This document shows, piece after piece, positions 40,229 to 48,771 of a stretch of 64,000 nt of DNA (positions within the stretch are counted from its first letter, which is position 1; the number at the start of each line of letters is the position of its first letter). Position numbers and translations under genes: made by a program. Source of the stretch: a virus; IMG/VR virus record IMGVR_UViG_3300035034_002799, positions 1 through 64,000 of that record; one strand, 5' to 3'. The notes beneath the pieces were generated by a model. That model saw only the letters and a list, made by a program, of their open reading frames with translations. It did not search any database and was not told the DNA's origin.

Positions 40229-40946
40229 GTGTATACTCCGCACTAATAGGTATATGAATTTTAGGGACTGCTCCGTGATAAATTCTTGCATTATGTTGTA
40301 TGTATTTCTTTTTGTCCGATTCGTCAATAACAGAAGGGGTATGAATCCAATCAATATAAGGAGTAGATTCCATTACATGGAAATGCTCTTTAGGATGATA
40401 CATTCCAGCCATTCTACATCTGCGTGTATAATCGGCATGTTCATATCCATATCTATTATAACGCTCATCGAAGGCACCCACTTGGTTTAAACATTCTTTT
40501 GTCATTACCATTAGGACTCCGTTTACATAAGCACCGCATAGACCCAAATGAATTGATTCATACTTAAGAGCCTTCTTTATCATTTTTCTGTAGTCAGAAA
40601 CAATATAATTCATATGCTGAAACCCAGATTGTTCGATTGCTCTAAGATACACATCAATCCACCCTGATTTTTTAAAGCAGATATCATCCTCACTTATGAA
40701 TACAACATCATTATCTTTTAAAAAATGGAGAAGTCTATTCTTATTAACAGGGATACCACTGTTAGGTCCATGAATAAGACCAAAATTTTCGGCAATCCAT
40801 TCATAGCCTGTGGTATCATGGTCATCTACTGAACAAATAGTCTGTATCTCGTGTTTATTCTTATCTGTGGTCTTAAGAATATCTTCACATACTTTAGTTG
40901 CCAAGTCTGGTCTTTTATATGAACAAACCCCAATTCCGATCTTCAT
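40212..40946 (-). CDS. GT2 family glycosyltransferase
   Basis: SYKRP, VDD, SEDD, VGAFDERYNRYGYEHADY. Confidence 0.8.
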   Translation of the reverse strand: MKIGIGVCSYKRPDLATKVCEDILKTTDKNKHEIQTICSVDDHDTTGYEWIAENFGLIHGPNSGIPVNKNRLLHFLKDNDVVFISEDDICFKKSGWIDVYLRAIEQSGFQHMNYIVSDYRKMIKKALKYESIHLGLCGAYVNGVLMVMTKECLNQVGAFDERYNRYGYEHADYTRRCRMAGMYHPKEHFHVMESTPYIDWIHTPSVIDESDKKKYIQHNARIYHGAVPKIHIPISAEYTHVRPK

Positions 40947-40955
40947 TTTTTCCCC

Positions 40956-40983
40956 TTGACATTTTTAAAAGATCAAATATAAT
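40956..40983 (+). promoter_or_regulatory. Sigma70-like promoter TTGACA-N16-TATAAT
   Basis: Perfect hexamers upstream of the 3D-domain gene. Confidence 0.75.
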
Positions 40984-41019
40984 CTCTTCTGATATTTTAA
41001 CACAAAAGGAGTTAGTTTT

Positions 41020-41637
41020 ATGCAAAATTTTAAAGATATAACTTTACACATTTTTATTATATGTTCTCTTGGTTTTTCACTATTGTTCACCGCTTTTTTA
41101 ATTATAGATGCGGAACCACATACAGAAGAAAAACAGGGTGCGGTTATGTATCGTCACGAACTTTACGAAAATGATAATTATAATCAACCTTCTGCTGTAC
41201 CTTCTGTTAATGCTCCAGAGAATGAAGATAAAAACATTGAACCAGAAATCCATGAAGGTTATTGGTTATGGGCGCAGGTTACTGCTTATTGTCCTTGTAA
41301 GATTTGTTGTGGAAAAACACCAGACGATCCTGCTTATGGTATAACTAGCAGACAAGTGAATGTACTTTCAGGTGATCCTAACGATGCTTACGGTATTGCC
41401 GCTGATCCTAGAGCAATACCATATGGGACTTTTGTTTATATTCCAGGTTATTGGGAGAGTATTCAGAACAATAAGACATTTGTACCTACTCAATTGCCAT
41501 ATGTTGATGATACTGGTGGTGCGATGCGTCAAAGTTGGGAACAACGTGGTGTAATCCATTTAGATGTTCGTTATCGTACACACAAGGCAGCCCGTACTTG
41601 GGGCGTTAGGATGATGCAAGTTTTCGTATATGAATAA
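41020..41637 (+). CDS. Membrane-anchored 3D-domain protein (MltA-like peptidoglycan lytic domain)
   Basis: N-terminal TM segment; VTAYCPC, IAADPRAIPYGT, DDTGGA, HLDV. Confidence 0.85.
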   Translation: MQNFKDITLHIFIICSLGFSLLFTAFLIIDAEPHTEEKQGAVMYRHELYENDNYNQPSAVPSVNAPENEDKNIEPEIHEGYWLWAQVTAYCPCKICCGKTPDDPAYGITSRQVNVLSGDPNDAYGIAADPRAIPYGTFVYIPGYWESIQNNKTFVPTQLPYVDDTGGAMRQSWEQRGVIHLDVRYRTHKAARTWGVRMMQVFVYE

Positions 41638-41664
41638 AAATATAGTCCCTTGAGTGTTATACTG

Positions 41665-41672
41665 TATAAATA
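41665..41672 (+). promoter_or_regulatory. T4-type late promoter TATAAATA
   Basis: Exact motif before the RBS AAGGAG and the ATG at 41704. Confidence 0.75.
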
Positions 41673-41703
41673 AAAACAGATAATGTTATCAAAGGAGATT
41701 AAT

Positions 41704-42339
41704 ATGAGCGGTATGTCAATTAACGACGACGAAAAACTTCGCAGCCTCAAAGAGTCTTGGACATCAATGGAAAGCCAAATGGCTGGTACTGAAGACAAAG
41801 ACGGGCATGTCACTGACCAAGGAAACGATGTAACCAAAACTGGTGATGAACAAAACACTGAAGCTAACTCAAGTGGTGATCAGCATGTTCAGTATAGCAA
41901 ATCTGTCCGTAACGGTCCATCTTTTGATGTAAAAGAAGGCATGGGCGGCATGATGACTGCTGATGACATGGAAGATGATCCTGTTGACGATGATCTTAAT
42001 GTAGATACTGATGTTGGTGGTGAAATGGGTGGTGAAATCGGCGATGATCTTGGTGATGATCTTGGTGATGATCTTGGTGATGAAATGGGCGATGCGTCTC
42101 CTTGGGATACTATTGCTCGTGCTTTTGGTGACCTCCAAGCGGCTTTTGATCAACTTAAGGGTGATCAGGGTGACCTCGGTGGTGATGACCTCGGTGGTGA
42201 TGACCTCGGTGATGACCTCGGTGGTGAAGATGACCTTGATGAAGTTATCAACCGTTATGACGTAACAGAGAGCAAGCAGAGAAACGCTAATGCTCGTATG
42301 GCAAGAATCCGCGAAGCTCGCGCTCGTCGTCGTTCCTAA
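41704..42339 (+). CDS. Highly acidic late protein with GDDL repeats and an Arg-rich C-terminus; candidate prohead core or internal protein
   Basis: Late promoter, RBS and downstream terminator. Confidence 0.7.
   Translation: MSGMSINDDEKLRSLKESWTSMESQMAGTEDKDGHVTDQGNDVTKTGDEQNTEANSSGDQHVQYSKSVRNGPSFDVKEGMGGMMTADDMEDDPVDDDLNVDTDVGGEMGGEIGDDLGDDLGDDLGDEMGDASPWDTIARAFGDLQAAFDQLKGDQGDLGGDDLGGDDLGDDLGGEDDLDEVINRYDVTESKQRNANARMARIREARARRRS
42042..42240 (+). repeat. Two blocks of 12-15 bp tandem repeats encoding (G)GDDL
   Basis: CTTGGTGATGAT x3 and several CTCGGT(GGT)GATGAC units. Confidence 0.85.
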
Positions 42340-42360
42340 TAATTATATTCTCCAATAAAC

Positions 42361-42392
42361 AAAAAAAGGGTGGACAAGTTCCACCCTTTTTT
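42361..42392. terminator. Intrinsic terminator (bidirectional shape)
   Basis: AAAAAAGGGTGGA-CAAGT-TCCACCCTTTTTT. Confidence 0.85.
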
Positions 42393-42407
42393 ATTGGGTT
42401 CCTTAAA

Positions 42408-42415
42408 TATAAATA
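42408..42415 (+). promoter_or_regulatory. T4-type late promoter TATAAATA
   Basis: Exact motif before the GGAG RBS and the ATG at 42436. Confidence 0.75.
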
Positions 42416-42435
42416 AGGATATACGTGGAGTTAAT

Positions 42436-43884
42436 ATGAAAAAGAAATATCTTCCTCTTGTAAATGAATTAGATAACACTAAATTGTTTAGAAAATTAAA
42501 AGAAATTAATAAAAACCTAAAAGAGGGTGTGTTCAATCCGCTCGAATCTGAAGGTATTACTATATCTGAAAAAGCAGATTCTGTGTCGTGTCGTTTCGGT
42601 ATTAACGAAAAGGATGAATTGTTTTTCGAATCTGAAAGATGTGACGAAGAAGAGAAAGAACAAGCAGTTTCTTTTATTAGGAATAATAAACTATTGGAAG
42701 TTGTATTAAAAAACATGAAAAAAGACCACGGTCCTGTTCAATTTGAAGCAGAATTCTTTCCAACTTATAACCATGAATTTAATGAAGAAAACCGTACTGT
42801 TTTTAACGCTGTTCCATATCATAAAGACCGTCTCGGTGAAGCTGGTGCTTTTGTTGTATATGACGCAAAGGTTTACGATGATGAACTAGGCAGATGGAAC
42901 GAAATGCCAGATAATGTTCGATTTGGTAAAAAACACTTTGCAGAAATTAAAGATGCAGATTGTAAACATTGTCGTGTTTACACAAGTGAAGATTTGAAGG
43001 TTGATCAACCTATTGGTCTTTCAGTTAATCTCGAATCTCTCAGAGAGTATTTTGAAGATGATGAAATGTTTGAAAGAGGAATAAAGATTTTAAATAGTGG
43101 TTGGAAAACTCCTGAATTCTTAAGATTAAAAAATGAGTTAAATCAAATCAAAGAACAATTAAACAACGATTTTACAAATTTTGCAGAATCCTCTTCTTCT
43201 TACTTTGGAAGTGAATTCCCTGAAGGATATGTTATTAATGTTGGTAATGGTCCTGAAAGATTCTCTTCTAAAATAAACACTTCTCGTTTTAATGAAGCAA
43301 AAGATTTTAACTGGTCTGTAAGAACTTCAACTAGTAAGATTGTTAAGGAATGCTATAAGAAACTAAAAAGAGAAGTTCTCCAACTTGGATTTAGAAACAG
43401 TTCAACTATTAATGAAATAATTAAAAAGAAAATGGGTAAAATTGAAGAAACTAACAACGACGAAACTTATATTGAAGCTATAGGTAATATTTTAGAATCT
43501 GTTGTTTCTCCAGATGCGACTTTTGATGGTATCAAAGAGAACGCTCAACGTATTATATACGAAGCTGAAAACTCTCTCGCTCAATTGGAAGCTCAGTTAG
43601 ATGAATATGATTATAGTTCTGATGTTCGTCGTAAGACTGTTAGACGAATGGGAAAAGCAAAAGAAGTTATAAGTAAATTAAAAAATTCGTTTGTTAACAA
43701 TCAACTAGAAGGATATGAATATCTTGTTAGTGGTTTTATGGAAGTATTTAATAATCAATTAAATATCCCAGAGAGACCAGTTAAAGAAAAAGCACCAGTG
43801 ATAAATATAGTAAAAGAAAGTTATAAAGAAAATTGTCCTAAGATTTATAAAAGAATTTCCAATGCAATTTGGAGCAAGGAGTAA
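42436..43884 (+). CDS. Late protein with ligase/nucleotidyltransferase-like motifs
   Basis: SEKADS (motif I-like), FEAEF (III), FVVYD (IIIa), EGYVI (IV), SKI (V). Confidence 0.5.
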   Translation: MKKKYLPLVNELDNTKLFRKLKEINKNLKEGVFNPLESEGITISEKADSVSCRFGINEKDELFFESERCDEEEKEQAVSFIRNNKLLEVVLKNMKKDHGPVQFEAEFFPTYNHEFNEENRTVFNAVPYHKDRLGEAGAFVVYDAKVYDDELGRWNEMPDNVRFGKKHFAEIKDADCKHCRVYTSEDLKVDQPIGLSVNLESLREYFEDDEMFERGIKILNSGWKTPEFLRLKNELNQIKEQLNNDFTNFAESSSSYFGSEFPEGYVINVGNGPERFSSKINTSRFNEAKDFNWSVRTSTSKIVKECYKKLKREVLQLGFRNSSTINEIIKKKMGKIEETNNDETYIEAIGNILESVVSPDATFDGIKENAQRIIYEAENSLAQLEAQLDEYDYSSDVRRKTVRRMGKAKEVISKLKNSFVNNQLEGYEYLVSGFMEVFNNQLNIPERPVKEKAPVINIVKESYKENCPKIYKRISNAIWSKE

Positions 43885-43885
43885 C

Positions 43886-44020
43886 ATGATAATTAAAAGA
43901 TTTCTTAACGGAAGAGCCGTAAACAAACAGCGGGTTCATCGTCAACTCAATAAAGAACAGATTGACGAGAGACTTGATCAAAGAAAGAAAAAAGGCTGCG
44001 GGTGTGGTAGGAAAAAATAA
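43886..44020 (+). CDS. Small basic protein (44 aa) ending KKKGCGCGRKK
   Basis: Own translation; AAGGAG RBS; below the ORF-track size cutoff. Confidence 0.6.
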   Translation: MIIKRFLNGRAVNKQRVHRQLNKEQIDERLDQRKKKGCGCGRKK

Positions 44021-44075
44021 TAAATAAAATTGGCAATGAACCTCAAATAGTTCATGATATAATAGGAACTCGTCA

Positions 44076-44123
44076 TTACAATAAGTGGTGGCGAGTTGCT
44101 TATTTATATACCACATATAGTGT
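44076..44123 (+). promoter_or_regulatory. Tandem NrdR-box-like operators downstream of an extended -10 (TGATATAAT, 44055-44063)
   Basis: ATACCACATATAGTGT (44108-44123) and TTACAATAAGTGGTGG (44076-44091), offset by 32 bp, directly before nrdJ. Confidence 0.65.
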
Positions 44124-44218
44124 GATTTTACTTTTTATAGGAAAGAAAAAAGTATAATGAAATGTCACATGGCGGTAATAAATATCATGCACGAACCAAT
44201 ATTAGGAGGTATCAGAGA

Positions 44219-47200
44219 ATGTCAATAAAGGCACTAGCAGACTACACGCAATACAGTAAATACGCGAGATTTCAAAAAGAAAAAAAGAGAAGAGAAACGT
44301 GGAACGAACAAGTTGAGCGAGTGTTCAATATGCATGAAAAGAAGTTTGGTAGCAAGCTTGATGATATTAGAGAAGAATTTGAATGGGCAAAAGAACAAGT
44401 TAAAAAGAAAAGAATTTTAGGCTCACAGAGAGCACTTCAATTTGGTGGCGATCCTATTCTATCTAAGCCAGCCAAGATGTATAACTGTTTTAGAAAAAAT
44501 ACCACATTCATTACAAGTGATGGTGTAAAGTCATTTGAAGATTATGAAAATGGAGATTCTGTTAACGTTTTGACTCATACAGGAAGTTGGAAACCTGCAA
44601 TAGTTAAGAGTTATGGGGAACAGGTAGTATACCCAATTAGTTTCAATAAAGGAAAAAGTAAAGATTTTACTGTATGGGCTACTGGTGATCATACTTGGAT
44701 TCTAAAGGACGGATCAAAAACTACTGATCTTACCGAAGGTAATCAACTTATTAGCCAGCCAAATATTTTCAATGACTGGTCCTACGAAGAAGCAACTCCA
44801 GAGGAGAGACTTTATTGGGCTTATGGTTTAGTATATGGTGATGGTACTTGTATCCAAGATAAAAATGGAATTAATAAATATTCTATGATTAGACTTTGCG
44901 GGTCTGATAAAAAATACGCACCCCGTTTTGAGGAATTAGGATTTAAGACATCAACAAACCATTCTCTAAATGGTGATTTTTATGCTTATACAGGGTCATA
45001 CCTTAAACAATTACCTAACCCAGAAATAGATTCTATTGAGTTGATTAGAGCATTTGTTCGTGGGTTTTTAGACGCTGATGGTGAGAAAAATAGTAGTTTC
45101 AATGGAACAGGTAGTATGTTTGTTTCAATTCAGCAATCTAAAAAGGAAGCTCAAGAGTTTATCAGAAATGTTTTCCCTATAGTTGGTGCATATGTGTTGT
45201 CTGAAACAGAAATTAACAGAGAAACTAATTTAGGAAAACACGATGCGGTATTATTTAGAATATCAACCTCTTGTGAGGGATCATCGCCAATCTGGAAGGT
45301 AAATAATATTGATAAATCTTGGAATAAAAAAGAGATTGTTTGGTGTCTTGAAGTTGAAGATGATCATAGTTTTGTAATGCCTAATGGAGTGGTTACTGGT
45401 AACTGTACCGTCTCGTATGTTGACCGCCCAAGGTTTTTTCAAGAATGTATGTACTTATTACTTTGTGGATGTGGTACTGGATTCTCTGTCCAAAAACACC
45501 ATATCGCAAAATTACCAAAAGTAGGTCCACGTAATAAAGGAACCAAAACTTTTATTATACCTGACACAATTGAAGGATGGGCAGACGCTATTGGTGTACT
45601 TATGAGTTCTTATTTTATTAATGATGATGATAAAGGTTATTTTGCATATGATTATGGAACTGAGCTTGATAATTTTTCTGGTTACGAAGTAGAGTTTGAT
45701 TTTTCACAAATCCGCACGCGAGGAGCTTCTATTAGTTGGGGAGGTAAAGCACCAGGACCTGATGGGCTTAAAACCTCTATCAATAAAATTTCAACACTTC
45801 TTGATTTAGCAGTTCATGAAGGTAAAAAATCCCTTCGTCCTATCGAAGCATATGATATTATCATGCATTCATCAGATGCTGTTCTTTCTGGTGGTATTCG
45901 CCGCTCCGCTACCATTTGTTTGTTCTCGCCAGATGACGAAGAAATGATTGACGCGAAAACAGGTGACTGGTTTATTAAGAACCCACAAAGAGGACGTTCA
46001 AACAATTCAGTACTTCTTATCCGTAATGAAACCACTGCTGCACAATTTTCTAATCTTATGAAAAGTGTTAAAGAGTTCGGCGAACCAGGTTTTGTTTGGT
46101 CTGATGATACAGAACTTTTAGTAAATCCTTGCGTCGAAATAGGCATGAGAGCATACACAGAGGATGGTGAAAGTGGTTGGCAATTTTGCAATTTATGTGA
46201 AATTAACGGAAAGAAATCATCTGATGAAACCGCATTCCTTGATCAGTGCCGCGCTGCTGCTATTTTAGGAACCCTACAAGCTGCTTATGACGAGTTTGGT
46301 TACCTCACAGATGCAACTAGTAAGATCGTCAAGAAAGAGGCTTTATTGGGTGTTTCTATGACTGGTATGATGGATAACCCACATATTACTTTTGATCCAG
46401 AAATTCAAAAGAAGGGTGCAAAAATTATTCTAGATATTAATGAAAGAATTGCTGCTAAAATAGGAATAAACAAATGCGCTCGTGCCACATGCGTTAAACC
46501 CGCTGGTACAACTTCATGTATTTTAGGGTCTGCTTCGGGTGTACACCCACATCATGCCAAAAGATACCTGCGTAGAGTCCAAGCAAACAAACTTGAGTTT
46601 CCCGCTCAGCATTTTGAAAAAATAAACCCGCATGCCGTAGAGGAATCAGTATGGAGCAATAACGGCACTGATGTTGTTATTACTTTCTTGTGTGAAGTAC
46701 CTGATGGTGCGAAAACTAAAAATCAAGTAAATGCTATTAGTCTTCTTGAACATGTCAAATCAACTCAGCAAAATTGGGTTGAAGCTGGTACTCGTTATGA
46801 CTCATGTGTAGCTCCTTGGTTACGTCATAACGTAAGTAACACTATTAATGTTAAACCAGATGAATGGAAGGATGTTGAAAACTTTATTTACAAAAACCGT
46901 AAATGGTTTGCTGGTATTTCCCTCCTCTCCCATTCTGGAGATAAAGATTATCCACAGGCACCGTTTACTACTGTTTACACTCCCCAAGAAATGGTTAAGG
47001 AATATGGAGACGGCGCAATGATGGCATCAGGTCTTATTGTTGATGGCTTACATGCTTTTGATAACAATCTTTGGAAAGCATGTGATTGTGTTCTAGGAGT
47101 TGGTGAGAAAATTAAACTATTAGAAGCCCCAGAAGAACCAGTGTTACCTGCTAAAAATGGTTATACCATTAAAGAATGGAAAGAAAAACTTACTAAATAC

Positions 47201-47524
47201 GGCGAAGAAATGGAAAGCTATCATTTTAATCTTGTCTCATGGATGAAGAGCCTTGATAAAGTCGAATGGGTTCGCCGTGTTAAGCAGTTTGCTGATCGTT
47301 ACGTAGATCATGACGTGCGCCGTTGTACTTATTTATTGAAAGACGTTCACAACTGGAAACTTTGGTGTGATCTAAAACGTGAGTATAGTGATATTGATTG
47401 GGTAGATGTTGTAGAAGAAAGTTATGAACTTGATGTTTCTACTATCTCAGGAGAAGCTTGTGCAGGCGGCAAGTGTGATATAGGTGACTTGGGTAAAGCA
47501 ATCGAACAGGCTAATAAAAAATAG
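44219..47524 (+). CDS. nrdJ: Class II (adenosylcobalamin-dependent) ribonucleotide reductase with an intein
   Basis: RRETW, YN|C, GCGTGFSV, GGIRRSA, NPCVE, FCNLCE, TCVKPAGT, C-terminal ACAGGKC; RBS AGGAGG. Confidence 0.92.
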   Translation: MSIKALADYTQYSKYARFQKEKKRRETWNEQVERVFNMHEKKFGSKLDDIREEFEWAKEQVKKKRILGSQRALQFGGDPILSKPAKMYNCFRKNTTFITSDGVKSFEDYENGDSVNVLTHTGSWKPAIVKSYGEQVVYPISFNKGKSKDFTVWATGDHTWILKDGSKTTDLTEGNQLISQPNIFNDWSYEEATPEERLYWAYGLVYGDGTCIQDKNGINKYSMIRLCGSDKKYAPRFEELGFKTSTNHSLNGDFYAYTGSYLKQLPNPEIDSIELIRAFVRGFLDADGEKNSSFNGTGSMFVSIQQSKKEAQEFIRNVFPIVGAYVLSETEINRETNLGKHDAVLFRISTSCEGSSPIWKVNNIDKSWNKKEIVWCLEVEDDHSFVMPNGVVTGNCTVSYVDRPRFFQECMYLLLCGCGTGFSVQKHHIAKLPKVGPRNKGTKTFIIPDTIEGWADAIGVLMSSYFINDDDKGYFAYDYGTELDNFSGYEVEFDFSQIRTRGASISWGGKAPGPDGLKTSINKISTLLDLAVHEGKKSLRPIEAYDIIMHSSDAVLSGGIRRSATICLFSPDDEEMIDAKTGDWFIKNPQRGRSNNSVLLIRNETTAAQFSNLMKSVKEFGEPGFVWSDDTELLVNPCVEIGMRAYTEDGESGWQFCNLCEINGKKSSDETAFLDQCRAAAILGTLQAAYDEFGYLTDATSKIVKKEALLGVSMTGMMDNPHITFDPEIQKKGAKIILDINERIAAKIGINKCARATCVKPAGTTSCILGSASGVHPHHAKRYLRRVQANKLEFPAQHFEKINPHAVEESVWSNNGTDVVITFLCEVPDGAKTKNQVNAISLLEHVKSTQQNWVEAGTRYDSCVAPWLRHNVSNTINVKPDEWKDVENFIYKNRKWFAGISLLSHSGDKDYPQAPFTTVYTPQEMVKEYGDGAMMASGLIVDGLHAFDNNLWKACDCVLGVGEKIKLLEAPEEPVLPAKNGYTIKEWKEKLTKYGEEMESYHFNLVSWMKSLDKVEWVRRVKQFADRYVDHDVRRCTYLLKDVHNWKLWCDLKREYSDIDWVDVVEESYELDVSTISGEACAGGKCDIGDLGKAIEQANKK
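44486..45403 (+). mobile_element. LAGLIDADG intein in NrdJ (306 aa)
   Basis: Starts CFRKNT; block B TGDH; YGLVYGDG and FVRGFLDADG; VWCLEVEDDHSF; ends TGN before Cys. Confidence 0.93.
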
Positions 47525-47692
47525 ATGAATAATATTAATAAAGCAGCAGAACCTCTCTCAAGAGAAACTCTTCTTAAGAGAGGTTCGTGTTGTAACTTGG
47601 GTTGTGTAAATTGTCCATGGGGGTTTAAAAAGGAAAATAAAGAAACAATTCGTTTTCCTCAATTTAGCGACAACGAATGTAGGACGAAATAA
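47525..47692 (+). CDS. Small Cys-rich protein (55 aa), DUF5522-like
   Basis: Own translation containing LLKRGSCCNLGCVNCPW; ATG directly after the nrdJ stop. Confidence 0.6.
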   Translation: MNNINKAAEPLSRETLLKRGSCCNLGCVNCPWGFKKENKETIRFPQFSDNECRTK

Positions 47693-47759
47693 GGTGATGG
47701 TTAGTCAAAATAAGATAAATTTGACGAGAAGTATGTTATAATCTTTAAAGGAGTATGTT

Positions 47760-48005
47760 ATGAAAATTAGTGATGTCCAGAATCTTATTGCTTTATCCCG
47801 TCAGGGTGTTAAGGTTCTTGCCGAAAATGTAGACGCTCAACAGGGAGCACAAGCTTTTGCCTCAATTGCTGCGGTTGAACAGTGGGTAAATACCATGATT
47901 GAACAACATCAACAGAACCAGACAGCTAATGCTGATGAAAACGGTCAAGGAGTTGAAGTGGTTGAAGTTAAAGACGAAGAAGTATTTAATAAGTCTGAAA
48001 GTTAA
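47760..48005 (+). CDS. Hypothetical protein (81 aa)
   Basis: AAGGAG RBS and upstream TGTTATAAT. Confidence 0.7.
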   Translation: MKISDVQNLIALSRQGVKVLAENVDAQQGAQAFASIAAVEQWVNTMIEQHQQNQTANADENGQGVEVVEVKDEEVFNKSES

Positions 48006-48018
48006 TCGACCGAATGGT

Positions 48019-48771
48019 ATGAGAAAACTAGCTTATCTTGTAACTTTTGGTAAAACTTTCTTTTATCAGCTTGCTGAATTGTCAATAGAGAGTCTGTTAA
48101 AGACTGGTTTTGATGGTGATATAGTTGTTTTGTCTCAGCACCCTTATAAATTTAAGGGCGCAGAGACAATTCTATTAGATAGAGATTTTAAACACAAATA
48201 CGAACCTCATATGTGTCGCGCACGGCTTCATGAGTATATTGACATGTCCAAATATGATGTTGTTCTTTATATTGATACTGATGTCATTGCTATTAGAGAC
48301 ACAACACCTATACTCGAAGATACTATGAATAATAATTGTTTTTCTGTATTTACAGCACCAACTAGACTTCATAAACTTTGGCATTATGCAACCATGGATA
48401 AACCTCAACGAGATAAATTTATCAATAGTGAGACTCCATCAATTTGTAGTGGGGTTTATGCTCTTCCAGCTAATCAAGTAGAGGAAACTTTTAAACTTTG
48501 GCTAGATATTTTTGAAAATAGAATATCCAACCCCGATTTGTTTGTATGTGATCAGAACGTATTATGCGAGGCAATATACACAGAACAATTGAAATCTAAT
48601 CTTCTTCCCAACAAATGGTTATTTTATCCTAAGTATCATAAAGAAGAAAAGGGCACTGAGTTATTAATCCATCACTGTGCCCAAAGTCGATATGTTTTAA
48701 AATATAAATATCTTGAGGAACGTTTGGGAAAGGTAACAGATGATTATCAAAAAACCAGGACACAAAAATAA
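48019..48771 (+). CDS. GT8-like / nucleotide-diphospho-sugar transferase
   Basis: LYIDTD (DxD), CSGVY, CDQ, IHH. Confidence 0.72.
   Translation: MRKLAYLVTFGKTFFYQLAELSIESLLKTGFDGDIVVLSQHPYKFKGAETILLDRDFKHKYEPHMCRARLHEYIDMSKYDVVLYIDTDVIAIRDTTPILEDTMNNNCFSVFTAPTRLHKLWHYATMDKPQRDKFINSETPSICSGVYALPANQVEETFKLWLDIFENRISNPDLFVCDQNVLCEAIYTEQLKSNLLPNKWLFYPKYHKEEKGTELLIHHCAQSRYVLKYKYLEERLGKVTDDYQKTRTQK

Noticed and set aside
41869-42265. Repetitive alternative ORFs (ITKI and VVMTS repeats)
   Set aside because: They are shadow frames of the GDDL repeats.
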